A DNA stretch of 63,771 bases, the filler included, from Collodictyon triciliatum (lineage: Eukaryota), in the NCBI GenBank assembly GCA_043381765.1. It is 5 parts of 5 records of this genome, joined end to end, with 100 filler letters (N's around TTAATTAATTAA, not from the genome) between each part and the next. Parts side by side here need not be neighbours in the genome. Positions count along the whole stretch, not along the records: positions 1 to 13,872 come from JBHJMP010000474.1; positions 13,973 to 44,858 come from JBHJMP010000475.1; positions 44,959 to 56,301 come from JBHJMP010000477.1; 2 more parts are not named here. One strand, written 5' to 3'. A program made the translations under genes and the position numbers. The notes beneath the pieces are model-generated. The model did not search any database. It saw only the letters and a list, made by a program, of their open reading frames with translations, and was not told the DNA's origin. Of the stretch, positions 11,501-46,793 are shown in pieces; positions within the stretch are counted from its first letter, which is position 1; each line of letters starts with the position of its first letter.

Positions 11501-13709
11501 TCTGATGGATGATACAACATTTCCTCGATATTGCTCTCCGAAGGATTTTCGTGCAACTTTCCCTAACTGTCGTTGGCATAAAAGCGGGAAAAGCTTTGAG
11601 TGGACGACCCTAACAATAAAGAATTTCAAGGCCGGTTGGAGGTTATGAATACAACTTTAAAATGAAGTATTTTAAATTTGACTTTCATCAAAACTATCAA
11701 ATACTAACATCATATAGGACATTTAGAATTCAACACAAAAACTTGAAGCAAATGAAACTTACTTTTTTGAGGATTGGTAGTATATTGCTTTCTCCGAAAA
11801 AGATAGATGCTTTCCTTTAGGGGAAATATTTAAATCGATTAAAAAAGAACAAGATATTTAAATCCGACAAAATAAATTCACTTAATAGGTATTACATGCT
11901 CATTCACGCCTTCTTGTTTTATGGGAGAATTTTATTGGAAAAAAAATTTGGTATAATAAATACCCTTGTCTTGTTTGAGTAGCTGTAAGTCTTGGAAATA
12001 TCGGAAACAATCAGACCCTGTACGCCCTGGAAGATATCTACTTAGTTGGATGAAATTATCTCTCGAGGCATCGTGCATGGCGATGAAGGATTCCGATATC
12101 TGCCTCTCAGTTGATGTAAATGGCATGTGTAATATATCTCCAGGTTGCAAGAACTCGACAGGCAGATGGACCTAATCAAAGGCTTATATTTAGACTGAAT
12201 ACTTATAAAGGTGCACCATGCAGACCCCATAACGGGATGCTCATTGGTTGATTGATTGGCTTTTCTGAAATAAAGCTCCAATAATTTTGAGAAATTTCAG
12301 TCAATTTGCTGTTTATTTTTATTCCTCTTTTCTGTATGGGACATAAACTTATAGTTTGAATTTGCTATACGTGTCCCTTTTTCAACCGATCTATTGTTCT
12401 TATGCGAAGGTAGGGCTTCATCACGCTATCGAATGGATCTGAGAAGTAAAATCCTTTTCTGTTTTCGATTTTTTATATTCAGATATCCGAAAACATCGAA
12501 AATGTTAAAAAAAAAATCATTTCTTAACCAAATGCATGAAAATATTATGTGTATTGCACTGCAGTCATTTATGATATATTCATTAAAAAAAAAACAATGA
12601 TTCCTTTCTGTGTTGACGTATGTAAAGAGTATAGTTCGGGTATGTATAGCAAGTGTATTAATAAATTACAAGTCTTACGGGATAAGGCCATCTTCTGATG
12701 AAGATTTGACATGACCCAAAGAAAATAACTCACTCCCACGAATACCAGCCAACTTGATGATACTTTCGTGTTGTATTGGGTATCGGTGGAATCTCTTGTA
12801 CGATATATCTTCTTGTATATTGTGTACAGCTTTTGGGTCTTCGCAGTCCAATAGATATGACATAACATGGTTGCATGTTGCAAGCTGTGTGTTGATTTTT
12901 TTATTATCTTTAACTGTGGGTTTCTTGTTACAAAGAAATATGAAAGGACATATGCTTTTTAGTCATTGAAGTCCCAACACAGATTGCTATGAATTTAATT
13001 CCCACACATATGAATGTATTTCTTTTGTTGCTCAGTTTGTAGGGAAATGCTGTGAATCAAAGCTTCACCTGATCAATGAGCATTTCTTTTGTTTCGCACA
13101 GCTCGTCATCCAAGTGCGGATACAATTTTGAAATGGGGCTGAAGGAATGGGTTTTCATTCTTTGGAACTGATTCATGTCAGATTCCTTCAATAGTTGTGG
13201 ATAGTCTCGAATTCCTTCCATTCTCGCATCAAAGTGAGTATCATCCCCGCTGCTACGTCCGTTGTCGTCGGCATATTTTTCAGATCTGGACTCAGATTCT
13301 TGTGTTGTGGAAGCATAAACGAATGGATGACATAACATGATTATGAATTAGAGTTTCTGTTGGTCATTAAACAAATTGCATAAGATAAAAAAACTACATA
13401 TGTATTGTGGTTGCATAGGAGGTAAAATAGTGGTATATATCAAATGTGAAGAGAAATTTTTTTTCCTTTATTCGATTCAAAGTAAATGTGAAGAGAAATT
13501 AAATGATACATGAGTCTGGTCAGAAATTGTAAATGATTTGGAAAAGATAGCAGAAAAGGAAGAAAAAAAGTTGAAATGAATTGAAATGAAATCATATGAA
13601 ATCATATGAAATCATAGTATTTGTGAATGAGCGCTCTATGTCGAACACCTTTTCTTTGAAGAATAAATATCTCTGTGAGAGTATCCACAGCCTCCAGAAT
13701 CCTGTACTT
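8578..13709 (-). CDS. WD40-repeat protein with an N-terminal SANT/Myb-like segment; DCAF-like (Raf1/Dos1/DIM-9-like); probably 5' partial
   Basis: Spliced exons give KPYLRIRTIDRL...ILHMPFTSTERQI...LPGRTGSDCFRYF, then WD repeats (LTGHTDGVLDSRYSPFGDYLVTASLDKTIKIWN; VSLFDCR; LLVSDIR; GVAGVCWWPDSNYLVTAAEDGLIQIWD; LSVNPSGDMIASGDNTGRVLLY). Stop at 8578-8580. Confidence 0.8.
10615..10961. repeat. (GAGACA)n intronic microsatellite spanning a 100-N gap
   Basis: Perfect hexamer array on both sides of the gap. Confidence 0.95.
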
Positions 13710-13758
13710 AGGAAAAGCATTCGTGAATGAGAATAATAATAATAAAATAAAAATAAAA

Positions 13759-13872
13759 ATAATGATAATGATAATGATAATGATAATGATAATGATAATG
13801 ATAATGATAATGATAATGATAATGATAATGATAATGATAATGATAATGATAATGATAATGATAATGATAATG
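13759..13872. repeat. (ATAATG)n microsatellite at a scaffold end
   Basis: Read directly from the sequence. Confidence 0.95.
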
Positions 13873-13972
13873 NNNNNNNNNNNNNNNNNNNNNNNNNNNN
13901 NNNNNNNNNNNNNNNNTTAATTAATTAANNNNNNNNNNNNNNNNNNNNNNNNNNNNNNNNNNNNNNNNNNNN
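13873..13972. other. Artificial scaffold-joining spacer N44-TTAATTAATTAA-N44
   Basis: Six-frame stop linker flanked symmetrically by Ns; the same structure recurs four times in the window. Confidence 0.95.
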
Positions 13973-14060
13973 AAAGAAAAAGAAAAAAGAAAAAGAAAAA
14001 AGAAAAAGAAAAAAGAAAAAGAAAAAAGAAAAAGAAAAAAGAAAAAGAAAAAAGAAAAAG

Positions 14061-14093
<33 letters not shown>

Positions 14094-14393
14094 GAAAAAA
14101 GAAAAAAAGAAAAAAGAAAAGAAAAGAAAAAAAGAGAAGAAAAGGAAACTGTGCAGCCAGTTTACCATTTGGATTGGCAAGCCACTTACTTTCTCGGCGA
14201 TCCTCCATCCGACACTTGTGCAGGTCTTTGCAGTCAGACAGAATCCGTGTTTCCTTCGAGGAGTGCATGGAAATGATTCACAACACTTCACACATACACA
14301 TTCCTGGCCTTCTTATCTCGCTTTCTCTCATGCTCGCTTCGCCTTGTCCGTTCAGCCCCAAACAACCCGCACACAAGAGCCTTCGAGCAGGAA

Positions 14394-15802
<1,409 letters not shown>

Positions 15803-16231
15803 GAGACATTTTATACCATCATTAGATTTGATTCCCAGGCGCAACCAACTTACATCCACTATTTCTGGCTTGGTTCTAAACGAGAAAGTCCAACTGTGGT
15901 TATGAGGTGCTTAGTTCTTTACCACAGAGCATCCAGAATACTGCCTCAAGTTTATGGGAATTGCTGAGTAATCCGTCAGAATAAATACAGGCGTTTTTTT
16001 TTCTCTCACTCAACAGCTTTTATTTATCCTGGTTTCGTAGATTTTCTCTTCTTTTTTATTTTTTTTATTTCTTATTCGATTTTTTTTAATTTTGAACCCA
16101 AGGAGACTGATATGTTGATGGTTGAATATTTGTGGACTTGGTTTCAATTATTGAAAGGTCTGCATCATATGAAAAGAATATGTAAGCTTTTTTTTTTTTT
16201 TAAAAAAAAAGAAGTTTGGGCTGGTGTTGTG

Positions 16232-39159
<22,928 letters not shown>

Positions 39160-39505
39160 TGCCGTAAGCCTCCGTGTTTTGCCCTGCTCATCAAAGACAA
39201 AGGTTGTCAGCAAACGAACAAGGCAGGCAGATAGAATGATAACAAGAAGAGAATAACATGGATAAGCTGAGGCAGTCGTGGACCCATAGCCAATCAATTT
39301 ACTTTTTATTTTATTTTATTCTATTTTTTTTTACTTTATTTTTGCTGTTTTTGTTTGTTTGTTTGTTGTGTTCTTTGCTTCGATACGCTTGTTTGATTCT
39401 CGCTCAAGAAAAAAAATATGCACAAAGAAAGAGCGGAGAAGAGAACAAACGAAAAGAAACTAGATTACACACCGCAGGCACAATGTTCTTCCCTGCTTTG
39501 GCTGT

Positions 39506-41278
39506 ATGAGTGGTAAAGTTGAGCAAGATAAGAAAAGAAAGCAATAAAATAGGTTGGAGTGCGAATGATGCTGAGGAGCAGAAGCAGAAGTTGTGAGTCT
39601 CTGGGGCTTTTTCATGTCGCTGCCACAGCTAATATTCTTTTCCCTGCCTTTCTAAACCGAATTGCCAAGATATATACTTGTCATCGGCCAGCATAAACAT
39701 ACTCCTTCTTAGATGCAGCGACTCTTGTGCGGTGCATTCAACTCGTCGAGTGAGTTTCTGACATACAAACAAACACTTGCGAGCAGCACAGGAAGCCCCG
39801 ATTCGCAAACTAGATAACCACGATGCTTTGCTCAGAACAACATATGTGTATCACATACGTCCAAGTTTCCACAGCTGTTCATCGAGCTTGTTTGTATCGC
39901 AGGTTTGGTTCCCCTGGTCAGAGTTTTAGGAAGTCATTACATGCTGCTTGGATTAGAGTATCGCAAGAATGAAAAGAAATTCAGTCTCAACTTCTTTGGT
40001 GGCAAGAAGGCAAACCATGAAAAGTGAGCTTTTGAATCATAATCACATCACATCATATCATATCATACTATATCATATCATATCATATCATATCATATCA
40101 TATCATATCATATCATATCATATCATATCATATCATATCATATCATATCATATCATATCATATCATATCATATCATATCATATCATATCATATCATATCA
40201 TATCATATCATATCATATCATATCATATCATATCATATCATATCATATCATATCATATCATATCATATCATACTTAAACTTAAACTCGCAATGATTTATG
40301 TAGGAATCCTGGAGAGACAGCTTTGAGAGAATTCGAGGAAGAGATCGGAACGAATGCCCAAACACCAATTGTATGCTTGACATATGTGACATTTGCAGAA
40401 AGAATCAAAATAATAATACTCTTCGGGGCATTGGAATCATGCTACTCTCAGTTTTAGAGAATCGGACTCAGCCACCCCTCTTCACACATTTAGGTCAGAG
40501 CCATAAAATATGCATTAGAATCATCGAAAGGATTTCAGCTCGAAATAGCGAGAGACAAGCACATATACAACTTCGTCGAAATCGCTCCCCAGCACTGCAA
40601 AGAATTCTTATCCCTCCCAGCAGACTACGACAACACGGGCACTCGCATGCGATGTTTGTACTGGATGAAAATCATTGATTTGAAAGAGATGGAGGGCATT
40701 ATGCTTAGCGAGAGATATCTCCATTCCGATTTGAGCATCATAGGGGATGCGATGCAAGGTAATTATCTTTTATTTCACACATCTATAAAATGTATTCGAC
40801 ATGATAGTGCATTTTTTTTTGTTTTTGTTTTTGCAGTGATAAAACATGTGTGTGTATTCTATGCCTCGTTTTTTAAGTGTGCAAATATTCATTCTAGAAA
40901 TTATGCTCGCACAAAACATTAACTGTCGTCCACATATTGCAATTAACCTTCTTTTTTTTTCCACTGATTGAAGCAATTCTAGACATTTCTTCTTGTGCTT
41001 GTCTCTATGTGTGTCAGATTTAGAAACCTTTCATACTGAACCAACAACCCTGCACTATCTTCCAATCAGGTACAAGAATAAGAAAACAGCCACAAACTCC
41101 TTCATCAGATGAGGCTTTATCTCCTGATGATGTAACTGCCAGTCTTTCTCATGAACCGAAAAAGCGGAGAGTGGGATACTTGGTTCGGAGATTGCTTCGG
41201 TGCCACGAGTTCTGGTCAAAGTTCCATGGCCTTATGGGTAGAGAACGCACAACAAACCTACGCAGGTTGTGTCCTTGA
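39506..41278 (+). CDS. Nudix hydrolase (start and end approximate)
   Basis: Splicing 39903-40023 to 40304 gives FGSLVRVLGSHYMLLGLEYRKNEKKFSLNFFGGKKANHEKNPGETALREFEEEIG, a Nudix box (G-x5-E-x8-REFEEEIG, one residue longer than consensus). Downstream exons at about 40494-40758 and 41019-41278 stay in frame (...RMRCLYWMKI...). Confidence 0.8.
40051..40272. repeat. (ATCAT)n microsatellite in the intron that splits the Nudix box
   Basis: Read directly from the sequence. Confidence 0.95.
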
Positions 41279-41926
41279 CAGCGTCCCTGACTCACTGCTT
41301 CTGTGCAAAATCATCGCTGTCTTCGTCACAATAATATTTAACATGAACGCAAAAATCTCAAGCACTCTGTCAATCTAAAAGCTACGGGCTTTTTCCACCT
41401 GCAGCTGCTCTTTGGTTCGAGTTCTTGCGTTTTTCATCGTGTTTGGGTTGTTGTCGAATGGATAGGAAGCTAGTTGTTGCGTGAAGCTGTATTTTTTTCT
41501 CTGGTTTTAATGTGGGTGAAATCATAATGTGTGAATGGATGAATGAATGAATGAATGAATGAATGAAACAAAGCTGGATTTTCATCGGTTTCCACATGTG
41601 TTTTGTTTTTGTAAAGGATCGATGCGAGGATAGTAGTAGAATGATGGCAGAGAAAAAAATGTTCATCACTTCAGAGCTCAAACGAAGCGTGGGATGTGAA
41701 GAATATTAAGATTATGTTGGGTGACTATGTTGGTGCTCTGACTTGGATGGTGTTTGATTGATGTTTGCTCGCATATCATAATGAGAATAATTCGAAAGAC
41801 AATAACATGTTCCCACTTCATTTTCCCACTGTTTTGCAGAGTGGGGATACTGAGAATGATGTGGTGATTGGTGATGGTTTCCTTGTCTTGAAGACGTTTC
41901 GCCAAAGAGTGTGTAAACGCTGTGGT

Positions 41927-44673
41927 TTACTTTTCAGACCTTTTCAAGAAATGAAGTTCGTTGGTTGCGCCTGTCAGGTCGGTGTATGTCATCGTATTGA
42001 AATCAACCTGGAGGTGGGATATCGCAGCGGGTAGACAGAGTATTAGAGATGGGGATGAGAAAATTGATTGCCAAAGATATAGATTTTGGAAAATGACTAA
42101 ACGATTCAATTTGACTGGACTTTGGGCCATATCACTGACGTGCGATTAGTTCGTAGCAATATTCACTCACACTCACACTCGCACTCACACTCACACTCAC
42201 ACTCACACTCACACTCACACTCACACTCACACTCACACTCACACTCACACTCACACTCACACTCACACTCACACTCACACTCACACACTAACTCAAATAA
42301 AAGAGATGAAGAAAGAAACAGAGAAAAAAAGAGCAATAAGATGTCTCCTATTCGATGCAAATTATATGAAGCTAAATGTACCGAACAGTGCACACTCCCC
42401 ATTTTGATAGTTACACCTCCATCCAAAGGAGCCTTCATCCACGCCTGCGAATTGGGTACAATTATATATAGTCGAGGTAATGGAATTTAGTTGCAAAAAG
42501 GGCGAGTTTAGTTGCTGTAAAGATGAACAAACTTTAAAGGCTGCATCACACAGAGATGAGACGAGAGGACTCAAGACTTTCCATGTTGGTCTTGTGGAGT
42601 TTCCTGAGTCTATGGTGCAGATTCTCCACACCTGGGTAATGACCAGCTAGGTAAGTATCATTCCTACTTCAAGTTGGTAGAATTGTGCTAACTTTAAATC
42701 TAAAAGTTCAAGGAGTGAACGAATCTGCCGCAAGATTACCCTCAGTCATAGTGCAAAGGGAATGTGACAAGTTTTTGTTCATTTAATTTCAATCAGATAT
42801 ATATTTTGAACATACACCATCTGACTGAAGGCTTTTCCTGAATTTCACCGCCATATCTTTGCTTCCGAGATTTCCATGAGGCTCCCATGTATTGTGACTC
42901 TCGGGATAATATTTCCACTTGATAAAGTAATGGTGCGATGACTGTATTGATTTATTTTTTTTTATTGTAAGATTGGTAAATTTAAATGGTCATTAAAAAG
43001 AAAGGGGCGGGTTATTCTATTTCCATTGTTGTGAAGTAGTGCAGGTAATCCTAAAATATCCGCGATGATATTTAATAAGGATTTCACCTTGACTAGCTTA
43101 GCGCCTCGAATCTCCTCGACTTCAAACTCGTCACCCACAGGCGAACCCTTCTGGACATCGGAATAGTTCAATAATGGGGTATTCAATTAGTCTTGTTTGT
43201 TTGTTTGTTTGTTTGTTTGTTTGTTTGTTTGTTTGTTTGTTTGTTTGTTTGTTTGTTTGTTTGTTTGTTTTATTGCTTCTTCACTTCATCTAATGAATTA
43301 GTGTGCTCTAAAAGAAAATGAACAAACAGTGGATGGTACAGATTTTGGGGCCTTCTTTTTTCCAGCAGATTCCGGGGCCTTCTTTTTTCCAGCAACTACT
43401 TCCTTGGGGGGATTCTTTGGCTTGGGAGTCTTCTGTACTTTAGCTGCAGACACTTTAGACCTCCTGCATATCACAAATGAATTAAGCATCACAAAGTAAT
43501 AGAGAACTAACGGATTGAATCCCGTCCACTTAGTAAATCCGGAAATCAACCTCCAAATGAAGATACCATTTTTTGAAGAAAAAAAAGTTGAAGGCAACAC
43601 TTTTCTGAATATGAATAGAATAGAGCCATTGCAACGGTGATATCACAAACGCACGAAAAATATATGAGCGATAGTAGATGGGAAAAATGTATAATTGAGG
43701 ATATCCGCATTCACGTGAGACTCACGAGCGCAAAGAGGAAGATGGGGGACCGAGAGCCTCCGTAGCGAGTTCGGCGATTCTGGATGAGGAGCGAGACGGT
43801 GTGGCCGGTGTAGTTGGAGTAGCCGGGGTCGGAGTCGTCTGGGGCTGTGATGGAGTAGCAGGAATGCGTGGTGTGGCCGGAGCCTTTGTCGGTGTTGACG
43901 GCACTGAGTTTGGCTGACTGGACGCAGCTCTCTTTGGCTGGACACGAGGTTGTGATGTTGGTTGTGATGTTGGTTGTGATGTTGGTTGTGATGTTGGTTG
44001 TGATGTTGGTTGTGATGACGATTGTGATTGCGTTTGTTTCTGATATGATGGTTACGATTTGATCAGCGTTGTGTCGTTAATTACACGTATATATGTATAT
44101 GTATATGTATCATAGCCATTTGATGTTGAATGATAATAAATCATCTTGGAGTTTAAGAAAGGCTCGACTGTCAAGCAGTTGCTATGTGAACGTACGGGTT
44201 TGCGGGAGCGAGCGTGTTGACGCTTTTAAGGAGGCACATAAATGAGATGATTAAATTATATTTTATTATTTTAGGCAGAAGTCATGAGGGAGGGACATTC
44301 GTTTGAGATTATATAGATCATATGAGAAAGTGTAAAATGTTTTGTCAGTGAGATTATAATGAGAAAGGATTAAAATAAACCATTTTTGCAGCCATTAATG
44401 CTTGTTTATTTTGGGGTGTGCTTTGCTCTAGAACAGAAAAAAAAAGCTCTGTTGAATTAATAATATATAAGAGTGGCTGTTCGATCATGATTCGGAGGGA
44501 CCACATGTTCGATCCAAGAGGCGAAAGGCAGGGGTTTTTGAAGGCAGCATGAAAAAGAGAGAAAGATCGTGAGAGATTTCTTGGCGTCTCCAGAGCGCAA
44601 CAATTGTTTTGGGAGTGACACCAAGTTTTGTTTTACACAAAAACATTCGGCACCGCGTTTGGGACTCTGTCAT
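41927..44673 (-). CDS. SQ/TP-rich N-terminus + chromodomain + C-terminal WWE-like domain protein (5' end uncertain)
   Basis: Phase-0 exons 43088-43150, 42816-42941, 42533-42646, 42382-42444 and 41927-42007 give [40 protein letters not shown] (chromodomain), then VWRIC...[53 protein letters not shown] (WWE-like). Confidence 0.75.
42163..42289. repeat. (CACACT)n intronic microsatellite
   Basis: Read directly from the sequence. Confidence 0.95.
43193..43270. repeat. (GTTT)n intronic microsatellite
   Basis: Read directly from the sequence. Confidence 0.95.
43948..44017 (-). repeat. Coding 12-nt repeat encoding (TSQP) about 6 times
   Basis: ACATCACAACCA tandem on the minus strand, in frame with the chromo-WWE gene exon. 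Confidence 0.8.
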
Positions 44674-44858
44674 TTGGCTGATCACGAAATCAACACAAAG
44701 TCTCGTGGAAACAGCAGCGAGTGTTTTTGTATTTTTTTTTTGTTTTTTTTGTTTTTTTGTTTTTTTGTTTTTTTGTTTTTTTGTTTTTTTGTTTTTTTGT
44801 TTTTTTGTTTTTTTGTTTTTTTGTTTTTTTGTTTTTTGTTTTTGTTTTTTTGTTTTTG

Positions 44859-44958
44859 NNNNNNNNNNNNNNNNNNNNNNNNNNNNNNNNNNNNNNNNNN
44901 NNTTAATTAATTAANNNNNNNNNNNNNNNNNNNNNNNNNNNNNNNNNNNNNNNNNNNN
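44859..44958. other. Artificial scaffold-joining spacer
   Basis: N44-TTAATTAATTAA-N44. Confidence 0.95.
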
Positions 44959-45068
44959 AAAAAAAAAAAAAAAAAAAATATTAAAAAAAAGAAAAAAAAA
45001 AAAAAAAAAAAATTTTGTGAACAAGGGGAAAAAAAAAAAAAAAAAAAAAAAGGATAATCATAATTGTA

Positions 45069-46270
45069 TCAGAGGTTTGGGAAGAAGTCAGCCCCTGCTG
45101 CAAACCTGACGGCTAAGTCACCAATTGGAAAGATATCTAGCCTGCAGAGCGTAAACATAAGAAACATGTGAACCTGAAATGATTTTTCAGTACATATTAG
45201 AAAACGAACATAAAAAAATGTGTAAAAATTCGAATCATGACCTGGTTCATATATAGAAAACAATCATTATCGATTATTATGAGAGATGAAAGCGTCCATA
45301 CACTCCAAACCCCTATACCCTTCACTCTTGTCAAAACGCTAATTATATCTTCGTCAGACATATCAGCAAAAGCTGCCTGGTCCGGGGGTATTGTCCCATT
45401 TGTGCAATTTTCCGCGAGACTTTTCATGTAGGACGTCTGTGGTGTTGTAAAAAAAAAAATGTAGAAGTAATACACTTTTTTTCAATAATAGTTATATCTA
45501 CCATCCAGGCATCAATATTTATCAGATTTCATTTCTATGCAATTTTCTTTTGCCGATAAAAAAAAACCTTCTGACTAGACAGCCCGCACGAACGTAGCGC
45601 TGATTCAGGTGCAGTTAAAACAAAGCTTGGGTCGGGAAACTGGACAAAGATCAAGTTTTTTTAATGAAGGATTTTTCAAAAAATATATGTAAAAAAAAAA
45701 ACAGAGAAATATGCAGCATGATTAGGAGTGCAATGGAGCTAAATGGCTGAAAACCACATCGTGTCCCTCTTGCAGTTGCGCAAAACGGCCGAGTATAGTC
45801 CTGCACCCAGTAGGTAGAGTGAGGATAAACGAGCTGAAGATTAACTGCACTGCAAAAGTAAAATAGAATATCTTGAGGAATCGGGGCTCGCAAACATTTC
45901 TGCTTTTGCGCTCACATTGTTATAGTTCTCGCACTTCCACCTCAAATGCAGTGGGTTGGCAGTCATTAAAAGAAGAGCAAACAAATAGATGGATGGATGG
46001 AATTGGCGAAATCGACTTGGTGACCAACCTTGCCGCCTTCACTGCCAGCTGCTGATATATTATCGACTTTGCCATGCAACCGAATACACTTCTTTGCGCA
46101 GGATGGACACTTTCATCAGGTGACTCTTGTGCAGAACGCGCAAACGGCGGCTCCCCAAACTCATCTCGCAGGGCAGAGAACCGCGAGTCCAGAGCCACGA
46201 GCCGCTCGGTTGGCGACATTACAGGCGTTTTTATGGAGGGCGAATGTTTTGCATCTTCCTTCCCGCTCAT
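45069..46270 (-). CDS. DNA-3-methyladenine glycosylase, AlkA/Mag1 (HhH-GPD) family; probably 3' partial
   Basis: FGCMAKSIIYQQLAVKAAR|TILGRF...|FPDPSFVL...LRSCGLSSQK|TSYMKSLA...LTRVKGIGVWS|VHMFLMFTLCRLDIFPIGDLAVR, containing the HhH motif and catalytic Asp. Confidence 0.92.
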
Positions 46271-46793
46271 TTGCGTGCGTGCTCCTTGAGTGTGACTGTG
46301 GGAGAATTCGCTGTTCTTAAGTTATGCTTTTTCTTTTTCTTCTCTTTGTTTATGTTTATGTTTTATTTTTTTAATGCGTGTTGCTTGGCGATGACAGCCG
46401 GTCTTATCCGGTTATATATACGCTTTTCCATGTGGAACGGAGTAAGAATTACAAAACTGGAAGACGTGGTTCCATGTTTATGTTCCTCGGTTGTTTGTTT
46501 TTTCCTATGTTTTTTTTCCATTGGTTATTCTTTGGTGTTTATGTTTTTTTATTCGTTCTGTTATTCGGTGTGGTTTCTGCTGGGATTCGGCTCCGGGGTT
46601 GAGTGGGATTGTCGGAGTCCGAGTGCGGGTTCACCATGCTTCGCAGTTGCTTAACTGGATTTTGCCTCGCTATGGTGTTCAGGTTGAGTCAGAAGGGCGC
46701 ACTTTTGAGAAATCGCGATATTTAAACACGAGGCGTTATGTCAGAAGCTGTTTGGATGCGAAAGAGATTGCCATCGAGCGTTTGGGGTTGATA

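Noticed and set aside
11560-11640. Second possible GC donor (CCG|GCCTTG) in the WD40 gene
   Set aside because: The frame stays open through the region and a GT donor lies nearby, so it is ambiguous.
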